Made by a program: the position numbers and the translations under genes. Shown here piece after piece: positions 48,021 through 57,660 of a stretch of DNA of 64,000 bases (positions within the stretch are counted from its first letter, which is position 1; every line of letters starts with the position of its first letter). The notes beneath the pieces are model-generated. The model had not been told where the DNA came from, did no database searches, and saw only the letters and a list, made by a program, of their open reading frames with translations. Source of the stretch: Candidatus Uhrbacteria bacterium (lineage in GTDB: Bacteria; Patescibacteriota; Patescibacteriia; UBA9934); assembly GCA_903827265.1 (NCBI GenBank), contig CAIKHN010000009.1, positions 151 through 64,150 of the forward strand, read 5' to 3'.

Positions 48021-48050
48021 AGTAAAGACCTGGCCCCGTCGTGTGACGGG
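48021..48050 (-). repeat. 30-bp repeat R3, copy b (reverse orientation, 28/30 identical), closing the 1.75-kb GC-rich cassette
   Basis: Reverse complement of copy a with two mismatches. Confidence 0.8.
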
Positions 48051-48132
48051 TGGACAACCGGCTTGATGAACTTGGCGCTAAACCATACACTTCGCCTGAT
48101 GTATTCGTGATTATTTTGTAATTTCGCGTCTT

Positions 48133-49851
48133 ATGACACCGCTCGAGAATTCACTGTACGTTGCCAGCGTGGCTCCGGTGCTTGCAATTGTTGTATCGAC
48201 GGTCCTTCGTCCGGCGGTTTCCGCACGATGGAACGCTATTCTCCTTGCGCTTTCTGGCATTGGAGGCGTTGTGGCTGGCGCGTACGGAGCGGTCGCGGAA
48301 ACGCCATTTACCATGGCTGTGCCGATGTTTTACGGGATGACGATCGCGTTGGATCGCTTCAGTGCGATCTTTTTTCTTGGCATTTCTCTCGCTATTGCTG
48401 TCGCTGGATTGTGCGCGCTGTCGCAGATCGGAAAACATCATGACGCGGGCAACGTTCGAATGCTGGGTATTCTCGGTGGTTTGCTCGTTGTAAGTCTTCA
48501 ATGGACGCTTCTTGCTGGGAATATTATTGGTTTCGTGACTGCGTGGGCAACCATGATGCTTGCTGCATTTTTGTTGCAGCGTATTGTCCGCAATACTGCG
48601 GAGACGACAGGACTTCAATTCCTTGCAATCGCGCAAGTGAGCACTATTGCAATTGCGTCGGGATTGTTTGTTCTTTCATCTGGTGCACTCTTTAGCGACT
48701 TTGGGACGTTGGCATATGTCGCTGGTCAGTTGAGTGTCACCAATCTCATTGTTGCGTACGGTTTACTGTTTCTGGGCTTTGCGGCGGCAATGGGAGCGTT
48801 CCCGTTCCATCGAGGATTCATTTCTGCGGTAACACATGTTCCCGCACACATTGCAGTCCTTTTTCGTGGTGGGCTCTCTGGTGTTGCATTGTACGGATTT
48901 ATTCGGTGCATCTTGTTTATCCTCCCCCCACTTTCCATTTGGTACTCGCTTCCTGTTGCGGTGATTGGAGCGCTCACAATGCTCTGTGGAGCGTTCTGCG
49001 CATTGAATGAGAAGAGTGTACAACGTATCGTCGCGTATCTCAGCGTGTCGAGTATTGGATTGACGGCATTGATGGTTGCTGGCGCGATGGCATTTCAGGC
49101 ATTGGCAATTTATGACGCCATGAATGTCATGCTCTTTGCAGCATTCATTCAACTCACTATTAACGTCATTGCGACGTCAGGGCTTTTCCTTGTGGCTGAT
49201 GTTATTGGATCTGATCTTCATACGAGCGGAGGCCTTGCAAAGACGTTGCCAAAATTTACCATCACGACGTTCGTACTTCTGTTTGGAACGGTTGGTTTTC
49301 CACCGTCTGCAGCGTTCACAAGCATCTGGATGGCTGGTAGCACATTCCAAGCAATGTTCTCGAGTGCTCCTGTTGCTGCCATTGCGCTCCTTGTCGTTGG
49401 GATTCTCTCAATATTCCTCATGATTGCCGCAATTCTTCGCGTCATTATCGGCGTGTTCTTCGGAGAGTCGCGTGGCGGCGTGGATGCGCGTGTCTCCGAG
49501 CCATCTGACGCGCAACTTGCTCCAATCGTTCTTCTTGCGCTTCTTACATTCGTGAGTGGCTTTGCACTCCCACAGCTTCTGGTGTCCATCGGCGCAGATC
49601 CACTCACAGACTCCGCAGGAACATTTAACGGGGGAATCGTGACTGCATTCGGGACATTGCGTATGGGAACAATTGGGCTGCTCGTGCTCGGTATTGGGGG
49701 CGTAAAATGGTATTTCCGCGACAGCATTTTGGAGCGATTGCCGTCGTTCGAGACCATCGAGAAATGGCGACTGTCCTGCATGAATCGCATGTCCTTCGGA
49801 AGCAAATTCACGAAACTTTGGAACGGTGCGCTTGAAAAATTACGTCGCTAA
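48133..49851 (+). CDS. Large polytopic membrane protein, possibly of the proton-conducting antiporter / complex-I NuoL/M/N-like superfamily
   Basis: About 14 predicted TM helices. Weak resemblance to antiporter-like subunit core helices. Not confirmed. Confidence 0.4.
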   Translation: MTPLENSLYVASVAPVLAIVVSTVLRPAVSARWNAILLALSGIGGVVAGAYGAVAETPFTMAVPMFYGMTIALDRFSAIFFLGISLAIAVAGLCALSQIGKHHDAGNVRMLGILGGLLVVSLQWTLLAGNIIGFVTAWATMMLAAFLLQRIVRNTAETTGLQFLAIAQVSTIAIASGLFVLSSGALFSDFGTLAYVAGQLSVTNLIVAYGLLFLGFAAAMGAFPFHRGFISAVTHVPAHIAVLFRGGLSGVALYGFIRCILFILPPLSIWYSLPVAVIGALTMLCGAFCALNEKSVQRIVAYLSVSSIGLTALMVAGAMAFQALAIYDAMNVMLFAAFIQLTINVIATSGLFLVADVIGSDLHTSGGLAKTLPKFTITTFVLLFGTVGFPPSAAFTSIWMAGSTFQAMFSSAPVAAIALLVVGILSIFLMIAAILRVIIGVFFGESRGGVDARVSEPSDAQLAPIVLLALLTFVSGFALPQLLVSIGADPLTDSAGTFNGGIVTAFGTLRMGTIGLLVLGIGGVKWYFRDSILERLPSFETIEKWRLSCMNRMSFGSKFTKLWNGALEKLRR

Positions 49852-49860
49852 TTTTTTCCT

Positions 49861-51063
49861 ATGCTGAGTATTCTGCTCTCACTCGGTCATATTGATACGT
49901 TGATGTGGTGCGAATTTGGAATTATCGGAATTCTCGCGCTCGGAACGCTTGCCCTTCACATTGGCGGAACACGAGCACATCGCTCTGAACTTTCAGTGAC
50001 GATTATGGGACTTATTGCGATTGTTGCAGCGGTCATGACCGACAATCTTGCTGTGCTTTCGCTGGCGTTTGCGTTGGCGCTTATTGCTGCGTCATGTTTG
50101 GCACTTCATGCGGAGCGTGCGGCAAATGCAAAGGCGAGACTCACCATAATGGTGGTATGCGGCTTCGCGGCAGTGCTTTACGTTATTGGGGCATACCTTT
50201 TCATGAAGCTTCAGACAGACGTTGGTATTGGCTCGTGGCAGGCATTGTCGTTTAGTGGAGTCATCAGCGTTGAGCGTATGAGCGGCGTTCTTGCGCAATA
50301 TGCGTTGAGCATTGTTGGCATTGCAACGTTGGCGTCGTGCTGGTTATGGATCCGTAAATCACGCTTCTCAAGTTTTGTTGCCGGGGCGGCTCCAATGGTG
50401 TTTATCATTGCGTTCCTCCGCTTAAAATTGGTTGTCGACCGTGTGCTTGCGGATAGCGGAGCTTGGACGAACACTATTTTTCTTGTTGCCGGTGTCGTTC
50501 TTGTCGCTGCCGTTGCCGCAAAAATGATGTTCAAAACGCATGCGCATGTCATTAAGTGCTCTGGCGTGGAGCATATTGGTATTGCAGTTTTCATGATCGG
50601 CGCAGGATTTGCCGGAATTATCCCTGCAATTCTTCACCTTGGTGGGCAAGCGGTTGCACAGTCTGGTTTGTGGCACGCCGCGCAAGATACGGAAATTATT
50701 CGTACAAACAAAACGCTCAAAGTGCTGTGCATTGCGCTGTACGCCGCAACGCTCGGTGCGCCGTTCTCCGTTCTCTTTGTGAGCCAACTCATTGGTATTG
50801 GATACGCGTTGCAGTCGCATCTCGTCCTTGGACTCATCGTCTTCGCGCTTGTTGGTGTTCTAAGTATCATTATGGTTCGTGAAGCATTACACTTCAGCTA
50901 TGACGTACAACCGAACGCAGAGCCAATGACGAAGCATCAAAAGGTCCTCACGGTGGTTCTTGCGATGCATGTGTTGCTTCTTTTTGGTGTCGGTGGATAC
51001 ATGCTTACACAACAAGGTATTCAGTTTGCAGTTTCCGTTGCTCAGAATGTCGCAGCGCTGTAA
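49861..51063 (+). CDS. Second polytopic membrane protein (about 12 TM), adjacent to and possibly functionally linked with the upstream gene
   Basis: Hydrophobicity pattern only. Confidence 0.35.
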   Translation: MLSILLSLGHIDTLMWCEFGIIGILALGTLALHIGGTRAHRSELSVTIMGLIAIVAAVMTDNLAVLSLAFALALIAASCLALHAERAANAKARLTIMVVCGFAAVLYVIGAYLFMKLQTDVGIGSWQALSFSGVISVERMSGVLAQYALSIVGIATLASCWLWIRKSRFSSFVAGAAPMVFIIAFLRLKLVVDRVLADSGAWTNTIFLVAGVVLVAAVAAKMMFKTHAHVIKCSGVEHIGIAVFMIGAGFAGIIPAILHLGGQAVAQSGLWHAAQDTEIIRTNKTLKVLCIALYAATLGAPFSVLFVSQLIGIGYALQSHLVLGLIVFALVGVLSIIMVREALHFSYDVQPNAEPMTKHQKVLTVVLAMHVLLLFGVGGYMLTQQGIQFAVSVAQNVAAL

Positions 51064-51066
51064 AAC

Positions 51067-54003
51067 ATGTCGTCGCTTCTCGAGCATTTGAACAGTGAAC
51101 AACAGCAAGCGGTCACGCATGGCGATGGCCCGCTCATGATTATCGCTGGCGCAGGAACAGGAAAAACGACCGTCATCACCAAGCGCATCGCGTGGCTCAT
51201 TGAACAGGGAAAAGCAATGCCGGAGAATATTCTTGCCTTAACATTTACCGACAAGGCTGCGAATGAAATGGAGGAACGCGTCGACGTGTTGCTGCCAATG
51301 GGATACGTCGATTTATCCATTTCGACCTTTCACGCATTCTGCGAGAAGGTTCTTCGTGAACACGGCGTTGATATTGGAATCCCGCAGGACTTCACGGTTG
51401 CTTCCGAGGTCGATGGTTGGCTGTTCATGCGACGGCATCTTGCTGATTTCAATCTCGACTATTACAAGCCTCGAGGAACTCCAACGAAATTCTTTAAGTT
51501 GCTGCTTTCCCATTTCTCGAGAGCAAAGGACGAAGGAATTACGCCGGATCAATACATTGCGAATGTTGAGAACCAAATTGCATCGATGACTTCGGGATCA
51601 GAAGAGGCATTTGATGCGCTACCGGAAGAAGAGCGACTCGAATGGATTAAGCATCGAGAAGTCGCTCGAGCGTACAAAACGTATCAGGATATTTTGATCG
51701 CAGAAGATGCGCTCGACTTTGGCGATTTGCTCGCATACACCGTTGAACTCTTTAAGACTCGGCCGAATATTCTCGCGGAGTATCGAAAGCGGTTTACGTA
51801 CATCGTCGTCGATGAGTTTCAAGACACGAATAGTGTCCAGTACGAACTCGTGAAACTTTTGGCAGCGCCGAAAAACAACCTCACGATTGTTGGAGACGAT
51901 GATCAAGCCATTTACAAATTCCGTGGAGCAGCACTCGCGAACATTCTCACGTTCCGATCGGATTTTCCTGATACGAAAAAGATCGTGCTCGTTCACAATT
52001 ATCGTAGTGGCAGAGGGATTCTCGTTGTGGCGTATTCGTCCATCACCAAGAACAATCCGCATCGGCTCGAAATCTCCGAAGGGTTATCAAAGCAACTGAT
52101 CTCGAATATCGAGCACACAGGAAATGTCCACCACATCCACGCGGCAACGCTCGAGGACGAAGTTGCGACCGTCGTCGAAACCATCACATCGCTCCACGAC
52201 GAAACTGGTGCGAACTGGAAAGACTTCGCGATTTTGGCGCGAGGCAACGACCACGTCGATCCGTTTTTGGAAGCGCTCGAACGTGCCGGTATTCCGTACC
52301 GATTCATGGCGTTGTCTGGCTTGTACACGATGCCGATCATTCTTGATGCGCTTTGCTATCTTCGTGTCATCAACGCACCGCACGATTCACCGTCGCTCTA
52401 CCGAATCCTCTCTCATCCACGATTAGGATTGTCGCAAGAAGATCTGACGGCACTCATGTTCTATGCTCGACGAAAAGGAATGTCGTTGTTTGATTTATTA
52501 ACGTACGCCGATGCTGCACGTATTTCGATGCAGGGGCGAAATACCATCATCGATCTTCAGCAGAAACTCGGTGAACTTCGAAACAAAGCAAAGCGACTGC
52601 CAATCACCGAGCTCTTCGTGACAATGATGAAAGAAACCGGATTACTCGGTGACTGCCAGCGCGCCTCAGAAATGGAACAGCAGGAGCTCTACAGGTTCCT
52701 CGAGCGGTTCTTTAATCGGCTGAAGCGATTCGTTGCAATGAACGACGATGCAACGTTGCCACGATTCATCGAGGAGTTCGATGCCGAACGTGCGGCAGGG
52801 GAGGACGGCTCCGTTGCACAGGATCCTGAGGAAGGCCCGGACGTTGTGTCGGTCATGACTGTGCACGGATCAAAAGGTTTGGAGTTCCGATACGTATTTG
52901 TCATCAATCTTGTTGAGCAACGTTTTCCATCGGTGAGCCGATCGCAAGCAATCGACTTTCCGCCGGGATTAATGAAAGATGAGGTTGATGGGAACGATCA
53001 CGTTGCAGAAGAGCGTCGACTGTTTTATGTTGCGATGACGCGAGCAAAAGAGGGTTTGTATTTGATGAGTGCCGAAGATTACGGAGGATCGCGAAAGCGC
53101 AAAATTTCCCGGTTCCTCGATGAGCTCGGTTATACCAATACGATCAGCGTGGCTCGTCCTGAGAATATTGCGGACACTCTCGCGCTTGAAGTTGGTAAAA
53201 AACCAACAGGCGATGCGAACATTCATATTCCGGACAAGATTAGCTTCTCGCAGATTGCAGCATTCAGTACATGTCCATTGCAATACAAATGCGCACACAT
53301 CATTGGTGTTCCGTCGTACGGTAAGCATCAGATGAGTTTCGGAAAGTCGATGCACAATGCGTTGCAAGCATTCATGGAGCGCATTATTGCCGCAAAGGCT
53401 GCGCATCAGGCAACGTTGTTCGGTGGCGTCACCGAATCCATCGCGCTCCCAACGATGAAAGATCTGCTCGATATGTACGATCGATCGTGGATCGATGAAT
53501 GGTATCCGGACGATGCAACCCGCGATGACTACCGTGCTCGAGGTGCAGAAATCATGAAGGAATACTATCGCGTCGTCTCGGAAAATCCACCGTCGCCGAA
53601 ATACATCGAGAAAGGATTTACGTTGAAAATTGATGGCATCCTCGTGAAGGGGCGTATCGACAGAATCGACGACGTCGAAGGCGGCATTGAAATTATCGAC
53701 TACAAGACCGGTACACCGAAAACAAAACTCGAGTGGGACGATCGGCGACAGTTGGTGCTGTACGCGCTTGCTGCAGAGGAGAGCTTTGTTCCACCGCTCG
53801 TCGTCAAAAAGCTGACGTATTATTATTTGGAATCAAATACGGCGGTCAGCTTCGAGCCAACCGACAAAGACAAAGAAAAACTGAAGATGCAAATTCGCGA
53901 GAGCATGGAAAAAATTCGGACAAGTACGTTTCAGGCAACGCCGGGGCAACACTGTCAGTATTGTGACTTTAAAGATATCTGCCCGTATGCAAGACCAGCC
54001 TAA
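51067..54003 (+). CDS. UvrD/PcrA-family SF1 DNA helicase fused to a C-terminal PD-(D/E)xK (RecB/Cas4-like) nuclease domain with a Cys cluster (AddA-like helicase-nuclease)
   Basis: Helicase motifs (GAGTGKT, DEFQDTN, VGDDDQAIYKFRGA, …TVHGSKGLEF, VAMTRAK). C-terminal IIDYKT…QLVLY…CQYCDFKDICP. Confidence 0.8.
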   Translation: MSSLLEHLNSEQQQAVTHGDGPLMIIAGAGTGKTTVITKRIAWLIEQGKAMPENILALTFTDKAANEMEERVDVLLPMGYVDLSISTFHAFCEKVLREHGVDIGIPQDFTVASEVDGWLFMRRHLADFNLDYYKPRGTPTKFFKLLLSHFSRAKDEGITPDQYIANVENQIASMTSGSEEAFDALPEEERLEWIKHREVARAYKTYQDILIAEDALDFGDLLAYTVELFKTRPNILAEYRKRFTYIVVDEFQDTNSVQYELVKLLAAPKNNLTIVGDDDQAIYKFRGAALANILTFRSDFPDTKKIVLVHNYRSGRGILVVAYSSITKNNPHRLEISEGLSKQLISNIEHTGNVHHIHAATLEDEVATVVETITSLHDETGANWKDFAILARGNDHVDPFLEALERAGIPYRFMALSGLYTMPIILDALCYLRVINAPHDSPSLYRILSHPRLGLSQEDLTALMFYARRKGMSLFDLLTYADAARISMQGRNTIIDLQQKLGELRNKAKRLPITELFVTMMKETGLLGDCQRASEMEQQELYRFLERFFNRLKRFVAMNDDATLPRFIEEFDAERAAGEDGSVAQDPEEGPDVVSVMTVHGSKGLEFRYVFVINLVEQRFPSVSRSQAIDFPPGLMKDEVDGNDHVAEERRLFYVAMTRAKEGLYLMSAEDYGGSRKRKISRFLDELGYTNTISVARPENIADTLALEVGKKPTGDANIHIPDKISFSQIAAFSTCPLQYKCAHIIGVPSYGKHQMSFGKSMHNALQAFMERIIAAKAAHQATLFGGVTESIALPTMKDLLDMYDRSWIDEWYPDDATRDDYRARGAEIMKEYYRVVSENPPSPKYIEKGFTLKIDGILVKGRIDRIDDVEGGIEIIDYKTGTPKTKLEWDDRRQLVLYALAAEESFVPPLVVKKLTYYYLESNTAVSFEPTDKDKEKLKMQIRESMEKIRTSTFQATPGQHCQYCDFKDICPYARPA

Positions 54004-54037
54004 ACGCAAACGGAGTTCGCTGACGCAGATTAGCAAA

Positions 54038-54334
54038 ATGCTCGAAGGCACGCTGAAACGTCACGGCATTACAAAACAAGTGACCGCAGCAATCATCGTC
54101 GACCGCGCAAAGGAGATTCTTGCGGAAATGCTCGAAGGCTCGCCGCTTGCTGATGACGTTCGTGTTTCGAGTTACGCTGCTGGTATTCTCGTTCTTGGAT
54201 GCGACAACGCACCAGCGACGTTTGATATTAGTGGAATGATCCCAACAATTCTGGCGCGAATTCAATCCGAAATCCCCGAAGCTGATATCACGAAAATTAT
54301 TGCCAGAGTCCAGAAGGAGAAGGGGAATTTCTGA
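54038..54334 (+). CDS. Small protein, DUF721/DciA-like (tentative)
   Basis: Size, position after the helicase and the pattern …IVDRAKEIL…GILVLGCDN…; the start is uncertain, with 53987 as an alternative. Confidence 0.3.
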   Translation: MLEGTLKRHGITKQVTAAIIVDRAKEILAEMLEGSPLADDVRVSSYAAGILVLGCDNAPATFDISGMIPTILARIQSEIPEADITKIIARVQKEKGNF

Positions 54335-54344
54335 CAGGGTCTGA

Positions 54345-54374
54345 ACGGGGTCAGGTCTTTACCTTTTACTTTTT
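54345..54374 (+). repeat. 30-bp repeat R3, copy c (30/30 identical to copy a), ending 4 nt before the ATG of the next gene
   Basis: Exact match. Confidence 0.8.
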
Positions 54375-54378
54375 TACT

Positions 54379-55185
54379 ATGCGCGATGTATTTGAAACGG
54401 GTAACAAGGACAGCGATGTTCAAGAAAGGCAAATTGGCCACGGAGAGTTCGGCGATATTCGGGTAAGGCGAATGAGCAGAAACGGCGTTGAATCGCTTTG
54501 CGCTGAAAAAGATTACCGAGGCGATGTTGAACGTGGGCAACACGCATACAGTGTTTGGTTTGCGTTGCACAGCGCCGGTGTTCCAACTTTTACCTGGTAT
54601 GAGAGGAGTAGCGATCGCGATGACGTTATATCCATGCCATTTGTTGGAAGTCCGTCACGCGAAAACGGAAAGCACGTTCCTGGCGATATCCTTTGCGCGA
54701 CTCCGTTGCAGCGAAGCGAAGGGATGAATATTTTGGAAAAAGAAGGACTCGCAATTGACGAGGAAAATATTGATGCTCTTTGTATAAATGTCCTCGAAAT
54801 TATTCGTGGAGCTGATGCTATTAACGCCGAACTCACCCACGATTCCGTGCTTTTTCGTGCGACATATCACGAGAACACGTGGAAATTGTCGGAAATTTTT
54901 ATCGGCGACTTTGACGCGGTATCTGTTCACGGTGAAGAGGCCGGATACATTAGCCCAAGAGAACTCCATGAAAATAATCTCATGGCCGTTGTTGGTACAA
55001 CACGGCATTTCGTCGAGGAGTTCTGCAAGAAGAGCTCGTCAATGACGGCGGAAGGGATCGGTGACCTTTTAAAGGAATCTGTACGGATCGGCAGGACGCT
55101 CTCTGAGGAAGAAAAGAAGAGAATTCTTGAGGAATCGACAGTTCCTTTAGTCGCCATGAATGTTACATCTTGGGACGATTTGTAA
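54379..55185 (+). CDS. Orphan protein with a kinase-like signature (…LTHDSVLF… / …IGDFDAV…), tentatively an atypical kinase-fold protein
   Basis: HxD-like and DF[GD]-like motifs. The gene is flanked by R3 copies. Confidence 0.35.
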   Translation: MRDVFETGNKDSDVQERQIGHGEFGDIRVRRMSRNGVESLCAEKDYRGDVERGQHAYSVWFALHSAGVPTFTWYERSSDRDDVISMPFVGSPSRENGKHVPGDILCATPLQRSEGMNILEKEGLAIDEENIDALCINVLEIIRGADAINAELTHDSVLFRATYHENTWKLSEIFIGDFDAVSVHGEEAGYISPRELHENNLMAVVGTTRHFVEEFCKKSSSMTAEGIGDLLKESVRIGRTLSEEEKKRILEESTVPLVAMNVTSWDDL

Positions 55186-55192
55186 AATTTAG

Positions 55193-55221
55193 AGGGAGTC
55201 GGGTCTTTACCTTTTTCTTTT
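55193..55221 (+). repeat. R3 variant copy d (gggagtcgggtctttacctttttctttt)
   Basis: About 23/30 match to R3. Confidence 0.55.
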
Positions 55222-55305
55222 GCGATTTACGAGAAGTTTTCGGAATGATCTGTATGAAGCTCGCAGTGAGTAGAAAAGGATCGATTACGGGGGTGATATG
55301 ATACC

Positions 55306-55335
55306 AAGAGTAAAAGGTAAAGACCCGGCCCCCGT
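55306..55335 (-). repeat. R3 variant copy e (reverse orientation; aagagtaaaaggtaaagacccggcccccgt), abutting the ATG at 55336
   Basis: About 25/30 match to the R3 reverse complement. Confidence 0.65.
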
Positions 55336-55716
55336 ATGTCCCTCCGACAATATCTTATTGCCCTCGCGATCGGCACTGCTATTAGCATTTCTGCGTGGTG
55401 CATTATTGTGATGTCTATTAATCCTGCTACTGCAGGTTGGCTCGCGTTTTCGGTGTTTTATCTTACGCTTGGCGCGGGAATTGCTGGGCTATTTACTATT
55501 GGGGGAACGGTTATTCGCTCACGGAAATACGCGGAAGATCAAATTCATTCAGCGGTTGCCCGATCGTTTCGTCAGGCAATGATGCTCTCCGGATTATTTC
55601 TTTCTTGCTTGTTTTTACTTTCCCGCGATCTGTTTTCACTAGGAACCATGTTGTTATTAGTCGTTCTTGTCGGCCTCGTTGAGCTACTCATGATGAGTAT
55701 TCGCAAGGAGGCATAG
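55336..55716 (+). CDS. Small four-TM membrane protein, hypothetical
   Basis: Hydrophobicity. Confidence 0.45.
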   Translation: MSLRQYLIALAIGTAISISAWCIIVMSINPATAGWLAFSVFYLTLGAGIAGLFTIGGTVIRSRKYAEDQIHSAVARSFRQAMMLSGLFLSCLFLLSRDLFSLGTMLLLVVLVGLVELLMMSIRKEA

Positions 55717-55771
55717 TGAAAGGTGTGGATAGAGCCATTTCGGAGATTCCGAATCCCTGGCAACATCATGG

Positions 55772-56830
55772 TTGCCTATGTTTAATCGTTTTTTTGGAAA
55801 GTTCTCCGAGGACATCGGCATCGACCTTGGAACATCGAATACCCGTGTTTTCGTGAAAGAGAAGGGGATCGTGATGAACGAGCCTTCGATTGTTGCAATT
55901 AACACGCGAACGAATCACATTCTGGCCGTTGGAAAAATTGCGAAGGACATGGTGGGAAAAACTCCCCCGCATATTCAAATTACTCGTCCACTCACCAAAG
56001 GCGTCATTTCCGACTTCGAAGTCACCGAAAAGATGTTGAAATACTTTATCGACAAAGTTCATGACGATGCGTTTACACTGGTTCCTCGACCGCGAATCGT
56101 AATGTCGGTGCCAATGGAAATTACGGAAGTTGAGCGCAAGGCCGTCGAGGACGCCGCACTCGCTGCAGGAGCTCGTCAGGCGCTTCTTGTGGAGGCCCCA
56201 ATCGTTGCAGCAATTGGTGCAGGGCTTCCTATTGAAGAATCGCTCGGAAGCATGATCGTCGACATCGGTGGAGGCACAACGGAAATTGCCGTTATTTCAC
56301 TTTCCGGAATTGTCACATGGAAGTCGCTTACTGTTGCAGGCGATGAAATGACGAAACATATTTTGCAGTACGCGCGTGATGTGTTTAACCTCTTACTTGG
56401 TGAACGCGTCGCAGAAGACGTAAAGTGTCATATTGGTAGCAGTCTTGATACTGGCGAAGGATTGCGAATGACCATGCGTGGCCGCGACCTTATTACCGGT
56501 CTCCCAAAGGAAGTCACGGTGAATGACGGTCAGATTCGCGAGGCTCTCAACAAGTCTGTCCGAACAATCATCGATAACATCAAAGCAACTATTGAACTTA
56601 CTCCTCCTGAACTCGTTGCAGATATTTATGAACGAGGAATAGTTCTTGTTGGCGGAGGGAGCCTTCTTCGCGGACTTGAGCGATCGATCTCAAAGGAAAC
56701 AGATATTCCAGTGCGTCTTGCCGAAAATCCTGACGCGGCCGTTGTTCGCGGTTGCGGCGTGTTGCTGGGTGACGATCGTTTGCTGCAGGAAATCGCGCTT
56801 CCGACAACCGGTGTCGATCGTCGACGATAA
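55772..56830 (+). CDS. mreB: Rod-shape-determining protein MreB
   Basis: Actin-fold motifs (IGIDLGTSNT, …DIGGGTTE…). Confidence 0.9.
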   Translation: MPMFNRFFGKFSEDIGIDLGTSNTRVFVKEKGIVMNEPSIVAINTRTNHILAVGKIAKDMVGKTPPHIQITRPLTKGVISDFEVTEKMLKYFIDKVHDDAFTLVPRPRIVMSVPMEITEVERKAVEDAALAAGARQALLVEAPIVAAIGAGLPIEESLGSMIVDIGGGTTEIAVISLSGIVTWKSLTVAGDEMTKHILQYARDVFNLLLGERVAEDVKCHIGSSLDTGEGLRMTMRGRDLITGLPKEVTVNDGQIREALNKSVRTIIDNIKATIELTPPELVADIYERGIVLVGGGSLLRGLERSISKETDIPVRLAENPDAAVVRGCGVLLGDDRLLQEIALPTTGVDRRR

Positions 56831-56841
56831 CCGTCCTTTCT

Positions 56842-57660
56842 ATGCCAAGGGCTTGGTATAACAGCGATCGCACGCGTGCCGCAGCCAAACACATGGCGAC
56901 TTTTTTCGGCGTCTGTGCGCTCTTGTGGGTTGCGTCGTTTATCCCTGCAGTTTCAGCGGTGTTCCATACGGTTGAAGGCGGCGTGTACCAGGCAGGATCA
57001 CTGTTTGGACGAGCGGCGTCCCGACTTTTTGCAAACGAAGACTCGCTTTCTGCGCAATTGAACGTCTGCACGAATCGACTTGGTGCTTCGACGGTTCTTG
57101 CGGCAAATGCCGAGGCGAATCAACGCGAAGTTGAGGAGTGGCGTGCATTGTTTGGCTACGAGTCTCGAGTGTCCGTACAGGGGATTGCTGCACGCGTGAT
57201 TGCTCGCGACACTCCGGAAGATTCCGTTGTTACGATCGATCGTGGCACAAATGACGGCATTCAGGTTGAGTCCGCGGTGATTATTGGTGATGGTGCGCTC
57301 TTTGGCGTGATCGATACCACATCACCAACGTCAGCAACGGTTCGTTTAACGGAAGACCCGAAGAGCGCCATTCCCGGCGCGATTCTCGGAAAACAAAAAA
57401 CGATCGGCTTAATATCAGGGCAAGAAGGCGCATTGCTTGCGATGGATTACATTCCACAGGACACGCTTATTACCGCTGGCGACATTGTTGTTACGAGCGG
57501 ACTTGGTGGGCACATCGCACAAGGAATCGTTATTGGAACGGTAATAGACGTTCTTGCGACGCCGAGCGCTCCGTTCATTCACGCAACGATTCGTCCGGTT
57601 CATGATCCACGCGAATGGACGTCCGTTCTTGTATTGCCGTATCCGTCGACGTCGCTATGA
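56842..57660 (+). CDS. mreC: Rod-shape-determining protein MreC
   Basis: N-terminal TM helix, coiled-coil and beta domains. Operon position. Confidence 0.75.
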   Translation: MPRAWYNSDRTRAAAKHMATFFGVCALLWVASFIPAVSAVFHTVEGGVYQAGSLFGRAASRLFANEDSLSAQLNVCTNRLGASTVLAANAEANQREVEEWRALFGYESRVSVQGIAARVIARDTPEDSVVTIDRGTNDGIQVESAVIIGDGALFGVIDTTSPTSATVRLTEDPKSAIPGAILGKQKTIGLISGQEGALLAMDYIPQDTLITAGDIVVTSGLGGHIAQGIVIGTVIDVLATPSAPFIHATIRPVHDPREWTSVLVLPYPSTSL

